A stretch of 64,000 bases of DNA from assembly GCA_963575745.1 (NCBI GenBank), contig CAUYUJ010000203.1:372001-436000 (forward strand), written 5' to 3'. Positions within the stretch are counted from its first letter, which is position 1. Every line of letters starts with the position of its first letter. Below the pieces are notes generated by a model. It did no database searches and was not told the origin of the DNA. It saw only the letters and a program-made list of their open reading frames with translations. This document shows, one piece after another, positions 12,291 through 25,200 of the stretch. Source of the DNA: Prorocentrum cordatum (lineage: Eukaryota). The translations under genes and the position numbers were made by a program.

Positions 12291-13749
12291 CGCGCTTGTG
12301 ATCCTGGGTGTGCTGCTGGGTGGTGAATGTGCTGCGGGAGCGCTTGAAAACGCAACTTGTGGTCAAGAGTCTTGGTTATGAGCGTGCCGTTTGAGGTCGT
12401 GAGCGCGCTGCTTGGGATCGCGCTTGCCAGGTGCCATAGAACAGGAAGTCGTGTTCGAGTCTGGTGCCGGAGCTGCTGCTGTGCCTCGTCGAAGACGTGC
12501 CATCCTCGGCGCGCCGTTGCTCCTTGAAATCAAACTGCAGTAGGGCGCAAGACGTAGGACCTCGCGACGCATGAGGGCGAAGTACAGCCACCAATTCGCG
12601 GTGGCCCTGTCTTCGACGTGCTCCTCCGGCTCGACGCCGCACTTGCACTGCGGTTTGTGTCCAGGGCCTCCTGTGAGCATCGCGAAACAAAGATCCTGCG
12701 GCGCTCTGCCCCGAATGCTAAAGACTTATGGCATGCGCGATATTTGTTGGACTAGAACACGTGCGCGGCGGTCATCTACTTCGCAACGGGAAGACTTCAA
12801 CGTGAGAAATGACCGCCAGAAACCACAATCCTGGTGCCTGCGTCCTTGACGCTGGCACACCAACTGGGCAGCGAGTCGAGGACGTGGTGAGCCTCGTCAT
12901 TGTTCGTGTCGAACGTGGTCCATAACCTGCTGTCCTTGGTGATGGGAAACGTGGGATCCGATAGCGATCGGTCTGCAGTGCCAAAGTCAGCGTGGCGGAT
13001 GACGACATAGCCATGATCCTGAGGTGCCTGTGATGTGCCCCGTCCCCGTTCTATGACCACGGCGGGGCGCCCTGGGCCTTCTGCCCTGCTCCTCTGAGCC
13101 AGGTCGGCAAGGCCAGCCTTGCGGGCCGGCCCAACGAGTTCCTAGCGGGTCGGCTCCTCAGGACAGTTGGCAACTCAGTTGCCCGTCTGACCTGTGGAGG
13201 CAGGGATGGCTACATCGTCGGGGATGGTGTCGTGGCTGAGGTAAAGTCATGCAAGCGTGTCCGAAACCAACTTGATGCCCTCGGCGATGTACGAAGGCTG
13301 GGGACACCCGCGATCTCGTCGTCGTCGTCGTATCTGTCCTGCATGAGCCGGGCGATGCGATGGCCCTGCTCGACCACGTGGGCCCGCGGGGTGGCGTCAC
13401 GAACAATGGCCCTCGTCTCCTCGAGTCGTTGCCCGCCGCGCCGCCAATGATGTCGACGCCATTGGGCGCGGGGCCTGAGTGCGAAAAAATGCGCGCGCAT
13501 GTGTCCAGCGGCGCTAGAGCTGTCATGCCGGCGGGCGCCAGTTCGGACAGCAAGCCGGCATACTGGCGTCGGAACTGGTGTGCAACTCGTAGCTGGCGGA
13601 GCCGGGAGTGCTTCGCATGGGGGCTCTCGGATTCGGACTGAGCAGTTAAACCTTTACCTCAATGAATTGTCGTCCGTCGGCGTCGCGGTGATCCTGGCTG
13701 TCGCTGCCTATCGCCAGCAGCGCGAGCTGCTCATAGGCGGCAGGCCCCA

Positions 13750-14230
13750 GGAGGACGGCTGGAGCTTGCTGGCGTCGCCGACTGGGGCGCAAGGATGACC
13801 GCTCGGAGCGGGCCCCAGGTCGAATCGCGTCGCAGCTGGCCAAGATCTCGTAGCCGCCCGGTTCGGGGAAGGCGAGGAGCGCGCGGTTGGCGCCAGTCTC
13901 CACCACCTCTCTGTTGGACTGCATGGATGGCAGACCCTGGGCAGGGAAGGCTTTGCCTGCGCCCCTCACGGCCGCGTCGTGCATACTGTGATGGGTGGTC
14001 GCACTATCGCATGGGGTTGTGGCGATGGGACAGTGGATTTTCCATTTTACCATTTACGACCCGTTGCCCACTCCTGCCGCGCGCAGTGGAGCGGAACCTC
14101 TCCGCCGAGGGTTGGAGCTTCGCCTGCGCGGCTCGCCAGGCCAAGCTCCGTGCGAATCGCATGCCCCAGAAGTTGATCCAGGCGACGGTGTCGGCGGCGA
14201 CGCGTAATCGGCAGCCTGAAAGTGAAGCGC
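13750..14230 (-). pseudogene. Retropepsin-like aspartic protease remnant
   Basis: RVAADTVAWINFWG (decayed D-T-G-A active site), flap-like LRAAGVGNGS, downstream LLAFPEPGGYEIL. Confidence 0.7.
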
Positions 14231-15639
14231 TTGCCACGAAGCGCGGCGAGTCGCCCTGGGAGCTCGAGCCTGTAACTGGCGATGTCGGCCACCACGGGAG
14301 CGCAGGCCATGCGACGTAGGCCTGCACGGAAGCACGGGCAAGTCCAGGCGAGCGCCACATGGCAATGGCATGTCTGCCGCGGACGAGAAATCGGAAGCAC
14401 TGCCTGGAGATCCCGGAAGATCTTGCCGCGGGGTCCAAAGTGCTGGAGCTGGCTGAGGACAAAGTGTTGCGTCCTGCTGTGATGGTGTCTCCTGCGGCGT
14501 GTCTCCTGCGCCTGCGTCGCGAGCCAGCAACGCAATTGTCAGACCCGCGCGTTCGCGATCTGCACCAGCGATGCGAAAGTCGGCGATGGCGTCGGCTGGT
14601 CCGCGGCATGCCGGGCAATAAACCAGGATGGTGTCGGCGTTCTGCGCAATCTGTAGGTGGCACGCACAGCGCAGAATCCGTCGGCGCAGCAGTCGTGCAA
14701 CCCTCCCGTCGTGGACGAAGGCTTTGAAACAGACTGGGCACTCCCCATCGTCGCCGTGTGGGGGCTGCAGCTGGTGCTGCAGCCGGCACTAGAGGGGGAT
14801 TCGTCCGCGTCGCGCCCCAACTCCGCGCGGCTCGGCCATGCTGGCGCGCCTGCTGTCGCGGCAGCCCTAGGGCCAACTGCGCCGTGCTGAGGAGCTCGTG
14901 ATCGCGCGCTGCGCTCCGACTGATTGCCGCCGGGCGTCTATGTATCGCGGACGGCAAACCGCATGGCCGTTTCCCCCGACGGTTGGCCCGCGCCCACTGG
15001 CCTGGCTGCGTTGAACAGGGCCAATCCAGAGGGGGTGTCCGGCACTGGCGGCGGCGCAGGCGCCGGCGCCGACTGCGGCGCCCATGTGAAGATCGATCCG
15101 CGTTGCGTGCTGATGCCGAGCAAGGCCGTTGATATCATGTAAGCCCAACTCGGCAGCTGCGCGTCGGCAGCTGGCGGCATGGGAGCCGCGGCCCCGGCGC
15201 GGAGGCCGCCTGGCCCGTCGCGCCCCTGGTCCTGTCCCAGGGGGGAAGCGCCGACAACTCGAGTCCGCTGGTGGTGCTGGAGGAGCTGTCGGCGCTGCAG
15301 GCGCGGCCAGCGCCGGCCCCCCCTGCCCTGCTGGTTGGGCCTGCAACGCACTTACGGAACGAGATGCTGCCGCGAACCGTTGGGCGACGAACATGGCGCA
15401 GTAGCTGCTGCTGCTGCTGGCCGCGGCGCTGCCGATGCTTGCGCGGGCGGTCCGCTGCTCCAAGGGCCAGCCCCCTGCGCGGGGCCACTCGCGCCCGAGA
15501 CTGCCAGCGTGATCTGCCTTTGGCTGGCGGGGCCCCTGGCCGCCTCAACCGCGCGCGCGATAGCCAGAGGCTGCTGCTCCGCCCGGCTCGGTGGCCGATG
15601 GCTGTCCCGGAGTTCACGGCGCGCGGCGTCGAACAAGAA

Positions 15640-17100
15640 AGCGCGCCCTTGGTTGCGGCGCCGGGGGCAGTCGCGCACGGGGCGCTCCCCCTCTGAGTCA
15701 CGCTCGTGGAATTGAAATCGCGCCCCGCCAGTAACCATATGAGGTTGCCTTGGCGGCCCAGTTCCCCTGCCGCGCCCTTCCCGGAGCCCGCGAATGTCTC
15801 TCGGAGACCATTTTCAAACCCCATTCAGACAAGGCGGCCAGGAAGGCCCGGTAGCCCTTGCCGCGGACCCTGCCCTCCCTCCCAATGACCCACCGCGGCG
15901 CGTGGGCTTGCGGTTGCTGACGCGTTGCCATCGTGCTTTAGCGCGCTCGCGCACCCAGAATAAGCGCGCGCTGCGCTGTTTCACGGGGGCGTCGCGTAGC
16001 TCGGTGTCGTCGGCAGCTATGTGGCTTTCGCCGAATGAGCTGGCGGCGTCGGCGTCGGCGAGTCAACGGCAGCTGCCCGGAATGCCTCCTGCGCCGGCGG
16101 TCCTGCTGCACGCGGGCTCGGCGCCGCCCCAGCGCGGATGGGCCCAGGCCGCCCCGGCTCGATCTGACTGTCGTGTCACAAGCACTCTGGGCCTGATCTT
16201 GTGCAGGCGCGCCCGCGAGGAAACTTTGCCGCTGGGCTAAGTGCACCGCTGAGGCGAGGTTGCCAGGCGTCAGGCGACCCCTCGACCATGTGCCCGCAGC
16301 GTCGCAAATGCCCCGTCACGCGCGCGAGCTGTGCTGCGTTGGTCGGGTAAGCCATTTGAAATGTTGCAAGGGCATGGCCAGCTGCGCGCTTGACAATCCC
16401 ACTGCTCGCGAGAGGAAGAAGCTGGGACCCTCGAAGCCAAGCATGCTTTGCCCAGCTTGCTGGTCGCGGTCGCGGGGCATGTCAAAGCGCGCGCGGAACT
16501 CACCCATGTGCTCCTGCAGCAGTCGGTCGAAGTTCATGAGCGCTGAGACTGCCGAGGCGCGCCCCCCCCGCCCAGTTGGCCCCGGCGTTCGACCAAGCTG
16601 CGCAGCGGGAAGGTCATCGGTGCCACTGGAATGCCGTTGATGGCGCCCCCCCCGCGCGAAGACAACTGGCGGCCGATCGTCCGCGCATTCTCGGCCAATG
16701 CCGGTGAGCCGCGATGAAGCGTGGGCCGCCTGGTGAAACTCTTTGAGGTCGGAGTTCGCCACTGACCAAATCATTACCTCCCGCGCCAAACGTTGGAAGA
16801 GAAACCGAGATTGCTGCTCGGGCCCCCTGGCGCGGAGGTGTCGCATGCCGCCGTTGCCGCCGCCGGCGTCCAAAGAGGTGAGCCAGGGCAGGCATGCCCA
16901 CTCCGATGGCCTTCCATCTGGGGTGGAGGCCCCTCCATAGATCAAGGAGGCGCTGGAGGCCGGGTGCGACCCGACGACGTTGCTCTGACCAAGACCTTCG
17001 GAGCCGTCGTGGGGCCCTGCCGAATTCGTCATCGCATTCGGCACTGTCGTCTGTCGCGTCGTTGCGGTTGTCGCCACACTTGGGACACCGCGCGACGCAG
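15640..17100 (-). pseudogene. gag-like region with a decayed zinc knuckle
   Basis: ORF 16316-17239 helical segment (GPEQQSRFLFQRLAREVMIWS...SALMNFDRL...FRARFD) in the gag position; QFHERDSEGERPVRDCP at ~15660-15715 resembles an eroded CX2CX4HX4C. Confidence 0.6.
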
Positions 17101-18374
17101 TTGCGAGAATATCCCTCGCGCGTCGTGTCGTCAATGTGCTGAACGCCGCCATTTCACGATCGTCCAGAAGAGTGCGCATCGGGACCACGTCCTGCCAGTC
17201 TGTAGGGCGTTGGCGGGTGTGCTGATATGTTACGCGCAAAGAGGGCGTTGACAGATAGACCCAGACCTGCTTGGCTGCCCCATAGAAACATAACTATATA
17301 ATTGTCCAGCGCTCCGCTGAGTCTCCACTCTTATCCGTGCTCTTATCCGCCTGCCTTCCCCAAGGCCCCCGCAACACAATTGCGACAGGTACGGGTTGAA
17401 GCTGTTGATGGGAACGACTCTGTATTTTCAGTCGTAGGCCCGACATGTGGCACCGACAGCGGCCCCAACACACTTGAAGTACGCCCTTGGAGGGAGGCAG
17501 GTTGCGGCAGCGGGCGGGCACCGCGCTACTTGGACTTTTCGAAACGTACTTGTCCAGGTAAGTGGACAAGAGGATCATGAACACGGTGAGCAAGCACAGC
17601 TGTATCATTCTTGCAGAACTCGGTGGAGAAGATGGGGAAGGAACCGAAAAACAAAGGGCTGGCGGACATACCGCGCGGGCAATGGCGGCGGGAGGTAGTG
17701 GAAGGGTGCCGGAACTCCGCTAGAAACTACGACAAAAGGATGCACAGTTGCAAGATGTATTTGTATCAAACGCGGCGAAATGTCTTACGCGGAGCTAACG
17801 CGCCAAACAAGGGAACGATACGCGGCCGCATTGGGCCGCAACTGGCAGCAGGAAAACGAAAACATTAAGCAGGGCAGGGAACAGGACTCTATAGGAGGCA
17901 GACCTATGGAGAGAGGACGCCAGGAGGAAAGACAGCAACAAAAAGGGGTAGGAGGACGAGGAGGCGGGGCAGGAGGAGGGACAATGGTGGATGGTGGCAA
18001 TTAGCGCCTCAAGGTCAAGAAGGCCTGAATTGTGGAAGTGCGTTGGTACTCCTCCCTGCGGCCGTCTACGATGGGGGGGAGCCGAGACGGAAACGACAAG
18101 CCGAGGCGGCATCGACGGGACGAGGGTGGGAGGGAGGGAGGAACTAGGGGGAGGAGGAGGGACGACGAGGAGGGGGGAGAAGGGACGGGAGAGCTAGGGC
18201 AACTATCTTCGCGCTTCGCGCTCTGCGAAGCGCGATTAGCTTCGCGCTTTCGCTTCGCCCCGCCCCCTCGGAAGCAGGGTGAGGCACTCGCGCCCCGCCC
18301 TGCAACCGCCCAGACCGCGAAGCGCGACCAACTTCGCACCCTCGTGGTGGCCCCAGGTCGGAGGACCGAGCAGC

Positions 18375-18750
18375 AGCGGCGATGCGATGCACTGGCGATG
18401 CACTGGCGACGTCGGCGATGCATCGGCGCCGCCGGCATGGAGAAGATCTGGCTCCGCATCGAGCCGCACCGCAAATGCTGGGAGGGCGACAAGCCACCCC
18501 CACCCCCAGTCCCGACCCCATCCCCGAACCCGCGATCCAGGGAGTCGGGACCGGGGGTGGGGGGGGCTCTTCGGGATCCAAATATGAAGAAAACGCCCCC
18601 ACCCCCAGTCCCGACCCCCCCTGGATCGCGGGTTCGGGGATGGGAGTCGGGACTGGGGGTGGGGGTGGGAATTCGCCTTCTGAAATGCATCGGCGAAGCG
18701 GTGCACTCCTCCGACCCCGTGTGCTCGGACCCCATCTGGGGGTCCTGGAC
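18375..18750. mobile_element. Partial copy of palindromic MITE family A, hosting a nested insertion
   Basis: Shares gcgatgcatcggc...catcgagccgca...cctccgacccc...ggaccccatctgg with the copies at 33142 and 63280. Confidence 0.8.
18479..18682. mobile_element. Double-hairpin MITE family B nested in family A, 6-bp TSD AAATGC
   Basis: AAATGC at 18473-18478 and 18683-18688; long inverted termini (ccacccccacccccagtcccgac ... gtcgggactgggggtgggggtgg). Confidence 0.82.
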
Positions 18751-19018
18751 TCGACGAACGTCACGTTGGCCGCTGGGACGGGGAGCGCAGGGAAGCGGGG
18801 GCGGGAGCAGGGGCGGGGGCGACCGAACTACCGGGGCGGGGGCGAGGGCGCAGGCGCCTCCGCGTCCAGCTCCAGCGCCGTCCACTGGGAGGCGGCGTAG
18901 ACCACCTCGGCGGGCCGGGGGGCCGGAGGGGCCTCCCTCGCGCGGGGGGGGGGAGGCTAGGGGGCCAGCTCCTGCGGGGAGGGGCCTCGTTCGCGCAGGG
19001 GGGGCGCCGACAAACTAT

Positions 19019-19144
19019 GGGCCTCCTGGCTGGGTGGGGTCCGAGAAGAGGGGGGTCGGAGGATCGCGCCGCATCGCCGATGCATCGGCGATGTGGCGCG
19101 ATCCTCCGACACCATCTGCTCGGACGTCACCTGGAAGGCCAAGA
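19019..19144. mobile_element. Internally deleted, pure-hairpin copy of MITE family A
   Basis: ggcctcc...gtcggaggatcgcgccgcatcgccgatgcatcggcgatgtggcgcgatcctccgac...ggaaggcc; no clear TSD. Confidence 0.8.
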
Positions 19145-20842
19145 GAGTAACACACTTTGCAAGAACAACGTCCGCCCAAACTAGAAAAAAACAAACTCCC
19201 CTCTCCGCCCCCTGGCCTTAACATCGGCAAGCGCTACGTACGAGATGTTGGGCTCAAGATGTTTCTGGCCCAACTTCTCCGGGAACGCTTGTGCAACAAT
19301 ACGACCAGGAGGCGGGCGAAGGGTGTTGCAACATCCCACCAGCCATTTGGGCCAAGGTGGTCTTTTCCCCTTCCAAAGCCTTTTTCCCATCGGGGAGGGG
19401 AACCCTCCTCTCCCCTCCCTGAGGTTGCTTGGGGGGGTTCGCGAGGTGACAAGGGAGTCCTTTTTCGCCCAAGATGGCTCCACGAGGGCCTCCGATGCTT
19501 CAAGATGTCCTCCAAGGTGGCTCAAGATAGCCGAAGATGGTTCAAAATAGCTTCCAACACACCTCCGACGAGGCCCGAAGAAGGCCACATTACGGCTCCA
19601 AGTACCCTCGGAGCCCCCACATTGTTGCCCTCTCGCCTTTCGGCTTCCGAGGCGCTTTTGATGCCTCAAGATGACTCCAAGAGGGCCCACGCGAGGCCCA
19701 AACGGGCCCAAGAGGCCCCCCCCCAGACGCTCCCAAGAGCGCCCAAGATCGGCCCAAGAGCGCCGCAAGAGGCAATGTGCGATGGCCCAAGGGGGAGAGG
19801 CAAAAGGAGGATCCCCCCTCCTTACAAGATGGCCCCAAGAGGTTTTACGTAGCACCCCGCCACTGGGCTTGGCGTCCCATGCGTGAACGAGGCATTGGCG
19901 GCACATCCATGTGGCGTTCCAGCTGCGGTTGGTCCAGGCGACGGCACGGCCCTCCCACGCCGGGAGGCCCCCCGCGCTTGCTTGCCGCGACTCTACGTCT
20001 GCCGTCCATACAAAACCGCCGAGCGCGGGCGTACCTGCTTGCCAGGAGGGCTGGTGGGGGAAACGCGAAGCGCGAATACTGGAGCCCTCGTGACGAGATG
20101 TTGTCACTTGGGGCCTCCTGCGGCATCCTGGAGGCCTCGCAGGGAGACGCCCCTGGAGGCTTCTCGGGTGGCCTCCGAGGAAGGGGGCGCCGGCGGGGCG
20201 GGGTCCAGACCTAAGGCGCCTGGAAGCGATGGGCGGCGGCCGACGCGTCTCCGGCCGCTCGAGGCCCGTCACTTCGGCCCTGGGCGGGGTCGAGAGCTCC
20301 GGGGGTCGAGAGCTCCGGGGGCCGCGTCGTGAAAAAAGCGCGGGGGCGACCGGGGCCGGCAGCGGCAAGACGAGGCGGACAGCGAGGTCAAAGGGAGGGG
20401 CGAGGCGAGGAATGGAGGGGAGAAGGGGCGAGGGAGAAGGATAAGAAGGAGTGAGAGAGAAAGGGGTGGAGGGGGAGAGCGGGAGAGGAAGGAGGGAGAA
20501 GGGTCGACAATGACGGAGGATGAGGGGGCATCTTAGGATCCTAGGTTGGCCCCTGCGCGCCCCGCAAGGGCGCGAGGATCAGGCAGAGAGAAACGCAGCA
20601 GCCACCCACACGACGGCGACGACGAACTGAGCCCTGAGTCCTCCTGCGTCTCCAGGCCTTCCCCTTTCTGCCACCCTTTTTGCCTTACATGCCCCACATG
20701 GCAGGCATGTCTCACTCCCTCCTCGTCCTCGTCCTCCTCCGTTCCTCCTTCTTCTGTCTAGGCTCATCCTCCAATGTCATTGCCTCCTCATTTGGAATCT
20801 TGCTCCAAGGTCCACCTTCGAGACTGCACTCATTATTCTTAC

Positions 20843-20843
20843 T

Positions 20844-20915
<72 letters not shown>

Positions 20916-20965
20916 GTGATGGCGATGGTGATGGTGATGGTGATGGTGATGGTGATGACGATGAT
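20843..20965. repeat. (GAT)n/(GGTGAT)n microsatellite
   Basis: Direct reading. Confidence 0.97.
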
Positions 20966-21189
20966 TAGTATTATTAGCATTAGAATCATTATGTTTATAA
21001 TGGCTTGTTCTTTTTCCTTAGCATGGACATTTTCTCCTTCTACACTTACGCAATATGAGTACTACTCTCCTGTCTCCCCTGATGGCGTCCGGGAAGTGGC
21101 CGGCCACCCTCCGCGTACTGGTATCTTACACACAGGATTTCCGGGAAACGGGTTTTCGCTTGGGTATTTGTTTCAAAGTTCTGCTCTCG

Positions 21190-21790
21190 ATGAGGCGCTG
21201 GCTTCATTTTCGGGCACCCGCTCAATCCGAATCGTGCTCCCGCTGAAGCGCTGGCCTCATTTCCGCGCTTCCACTCGTTCCGAATCGTGCTCCCGCTGCA
21301 GCGCTGACGTCATGATTTCCAGCGCCATGCCACGGCATGGTTTTCGGTCCATCCAAATAGGCTCCAAATTCTAGAAAATGCCCCCCCGAAAAAACCATCG
21401 GAAGTGATTACACACTCGCTGTCGATTCGTTGATTTGTTTGGTCGCAGACGCCCCCCCACACTTTGGGGCGTCGCCACGCTATGCTATGTCAGGCTCCGA
21501 ATCCTCCGAATCGTGTTCCCGCTGCAGCGCTGGCCTCATTTCCGCGCTTCTGCTCGTTCCGAATCGTGCTCCCGCTGCAGAGCTGGCGTCATTATTTCCA
21601 GTGCCATGCCACGGCATGGTTTCGGTCCATCCAAATAAGCCCCACATCTAAAACATTGCCTCCGGTAGGAACCATCGGAAGTGGGTATACATTCCGTGTC
21701 GATTTGTTGATTTCTTGGGCCGCAGAAGCCCCCCCACTTTGGGGCTTCGCCACGCCATGCTGTGTCATGCTACGCGTTGACATGTTACAC
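21190..21790. repeat. ~53-bp repeats nested in a ~280-bp tandem duplication
   Basis: ccgaatcgtg(c/t)tcccgctg..gcgctggcctcatttccgcgctt recurs at ~21227, 21280, 21506 and 21559; block gccatgccacggcatggttt...accatcggaagtg...cccccacttt occurs twice. Confidence 0.85.
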
Positions 21791-21919
21791 CATGCTATGC
21801 CATGTGATCCTACGCCATGCTATGACATCCAATTGTGAGAACCGAGAAGAGATCTACGCCATGGGCATGGATGGGAGGGAGGGGTAGAACGTCAGATATG
21901 ACGCGAGCGCACCTAGCTT

Positions 21920-21969
21920 GCCTCCTCCTCCTCCTTCTCCTACGCCTTCTCCTCCTCCTCCTCCTCCTC

Positions 21970-22002
<33 letters not shown>

Positions 22003-22345
22003 TCTTCTTCTCTGAATGAATCATTAGTTTCCTCCTCCTCCTCCTCTTCCGCCACCTCCTGTTTCGAATACTTATCCCACCTCGTCCCTGTGCTCCTTCG
22101 TCCTCCTTCTGATTCGATCATGCAGTCATCCTCCTGCTCCTCCTCCACGCGCTCCTCCACCCGATCCTCTTTCCTCCTGCTCCTCCTGCTCCTCCTCCTG
22201 CTCCTGCTCCTCCTCCTCCTCCTCCTCCTCCTCCTCCTCCTCCTCCTCCTCCTCCTCCTCCTCCCCCCTCCTCCCCTCCCTCTCCTCCCTTTCCCCCTCC
22301 TTGCCGTCCTCCTCCGATTACTCTCCCTTCTCTCCCTCTCTTGTC
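21920..22345. repeat. (CCT)n-rich polypyrimidine tract
   Basis: Direct reading. Confidence 0.9.
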
Positions 22346-22558
22346 GGAGGGGTACGTCATGGCCTCGGCGCCGCGCGAACACCTCGTGATACCGCGCCTG
22401 GTGCGCCTAACCTGTGGGGTGTCGGCAAAAGGGACCGCGCGGAGAGGCCAGGAGGAAAACGAGGAGAACGAGCGAGACAAGGAAGAGGAGGAGGAGGAAG
22501 AAACTAATCTCCTCCTCCCCTCCGTCCCTGCTCCCGCCCCCTCTCCGATTTACCCAGT

Positions 22559-22688
22559 CACATCGGGTCACGTGATCAGCAGTGACCGGGATCATCTGAT
22601 CCCGTAATCGGGCAAATCGGCTACGCGATCGCCGAACACGAGATGATCACCCAGTACTGGTGATCAGTGGCCGCGATCCCGTGATGTG
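22559..22688. repeat. Imperfect inverted repeat (hairpin)
   Basis: cacatcggg...tgatcagcagtgaccgggatcatct pairs with agatgatcacccagtactggtgatca...cccgtgatgtg. Confidence 0.65.
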
Positions 22689-22784
22689 CATACACTGGAC
22701 AGGGGAGGAGGCGCATGGAGAGAGCAGGGGAAGCGGGGTGGGGTGGGGGGGGCCGGTCAAAGGTTGGGGCACTGCCCAGCTTCT

Positions 22785-23539
22785 CTCACGCTTCGGGTGA
22801 AAAGGAGGTTGTGGGGGGGGGGAGAGGGGGGGGAACCAATATCTGACTCAATCGATCTCACTATCGATCTCACTCAACGGGACACCACGGGACACCACGG
22901 GACACCACGGGCCACCACGGGACACCACGGGACACCGCGAGACACCTGGCGATCTCACTATCGGTCTCACTATCGATCTCAATATCGATCTCATTCAACG
23001 GGACACCACAGGACAAGGCGGGACACCACATCGATCTCAATATCGATCTCACTATCGATCTCACTCAACGGGACACCACGGGACCACCAGACACCTGTCG
23101 ATCTCACTATCGATCTCACTTTTTGGGACAACACGGGACACCATGGGACAACTCGGGGCACCACATCGATCTCAATATCGATCTAAATATCGATCTCATT
23201 ATCGACCTCACTATCGATCTCACTATCGATCTCACTTAACGGTACACCACGGGACACCACGGGCCACCGCGGGCCACCGCGGGCCACCGCCAGACGGACG
23301 GACGGACCGAGGAGCAGCAGTTGTCTTGACTCCGCCCTAGCAACAGCGGGTTCATTCCTCTCGCGCGCCCACGCAGCTTCGCCTCGCCCGCACGCACGGC
23401 ACGAACGAACCGAAACGATTTCCCGGTTGGGGGCCTCCGTTCCACTGCGATCTCACCCTCAACCTCCGAGATTTGCAAACAACGCATAAACATACATATC
23501 TATACGACCACACTTCGGGTGAAATGGAGGTTTCGGGGG

Positions 23540-23570
<31 letters not shown>

Positions 23571-24500
23571 AACCAACATCTGACTCAATCGATCTCACTA
23601 CCGATCTCACTCAACGGGACACCTCGGAACACCACAGGACACCACATCGATCTCACTATCGATCTCAATGTCGATCTCACTATCGATCTCATTCAACGGG
23701 ACACCACGGGACACCACGGGACACCTGTCGATCTCACTATCGATCTCACTATCGATCTCAATGTTTGAGACACCACGGGACATCTCGGGCACCACATCGA
23801 TCTCAGTATCGATCTCAGTATCGATCTCACGATCGATCTCACTCAACGGGACACCGCGGGACAACGCGGGACACTTGTCGATCTCACTATCGATCTCACT
23901 ATCGATCTCACTTTTTTGGACACCATGGGACAACTCGGGGCACCACATCGATCTCAGTATCGATCTCACTATCGATCTCAATCAACGGGACACCATGGAA
24001 CACCACGGGACACCACGGGACACCTGGCGATCTCACTATCGGTCTCACTGTCGATCTCCACGAACACCACGGGACACCTCGGGGCACCACATCGATCTCA
24101 ATATCGATCTCACTATCGATCTCAGTATCGATCTCATTCAACGGGACACCACGGGACACCAGCGGGACACCGGTGGGACACCGCGGGCCACTGGCCGCCG
24201 GAGGAGAAACATTTGGTCCGGCCGCGGCCCAGCCGCAGGAGGATTTCGGGACACCAGCGGGACACCAATGGGAAACCGCGGGCCACCGGCCGCCGGAGGA
24301 GAAACATTTGGTCGGCCGCGGCCCAGCCGCAAGAGGACTTCCTCTTGCCCGCCCAGCCGCAGCTTTGCCCCGCCCGCACGCACGCACGGCACGCTCGACA
24401 CGAACCCGAAACCGAAATCGATTTCCCGGTGGGGGGTCTCCGTTTCACGTCGGACTCACCCCCAATCTCCGTTTTGTAGACAAGCATGAAACATAATGTA
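22785..24500 (+). repeat. Two tandem copies of a composite element with 12-bp (atcgatctcact) and 10-bp (gggacaccac) patchwork minisatellites
   Basis: Units start cttcgggtgaaa..ggagg (~22790, ~23513) and end ttcccggt.ggggg.ctccgtt...ctccg (~23420, ~24422); internal arrays differ in length. Confidence 0.9.
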
Positions 24501-24904
24501 CACATACGAATGAAATTCTAGACCCACGCGAGCGCTACACGGGCTTAGGTTCTAGCTATCTCCGAAGGCCTCATCCTCCTCCGCATCATTCTTATCCACA
24601 TTCACTCCCATGGCAAGCGTGCAATTCCGGAGGCCAGGAAGGCGAGTGGCGTCGTCGGCGTCGACGGCAGCGTCGGCGTCGGCGTCGTCGTCAGCGTCGT
24701 GCTCGCGGGAGGGGGGGAGAGCGAAGGCGGGGAATAAAAAGGAGGAGAAGAAGAAGAAGGAGGGAGGGAGGGAGGTAGAAAAGAAGGGAAGCAGGGAGGC
24801 AGGAAGAGCAACAAGGGAGGGATCTGGAAAGATGGTGAGGGATGGATCAACGGATGAATGAGGATTCCTAATCCAATATTTCCTCCGCCTCCTCATTGTT
24901 GTGT

Positions 24905-25017
24905 CTGCTCCTCCTCCTCCTCCTCCTCATCATCATTATCATGATCCTCATCATGACTCTCATCCTCATCCTCATCCTAATCCTCATCCTCATCATCACC
25001 ATCACCGTCACCATCAC

Positions 25018-25058
<41 letters not shown>

Positions 25059-25200
25059 GCATCATCACCATCATCACCATCACCATCACCATCACCATCA
25101 CCATCACCATCACCATCATCATCATCATCATCAGCATCATCATCATCATCATCATCATCATCATAAGTATCATCATCATCAGCATCATCATCATCAGCCT
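24905..25200. repeat. (CAT)n/(CAC)n microsatellite
   Basis: Direct reading. Confidence 0.97.

Larger units (their letters stand above)
6020..17250 (-). mobile_element. Decayed Ty1/copia-type LTR retrotransposon (gag-PR-DNMT-like-IN-RT-RNase H)
   Basis: Collinear domain remnants on the minus strand, with integrase upstream of RT (copia order). Many frameshifts and stops. LTR boundaries not resolved; ends are approximate. Confidence 0.88.

Noticed and set aside
18001..19150. 372-aa and 294-aa ORFs
   Set aside because: They run through GC-rich nested palindromic repeats that lack stops by composition.
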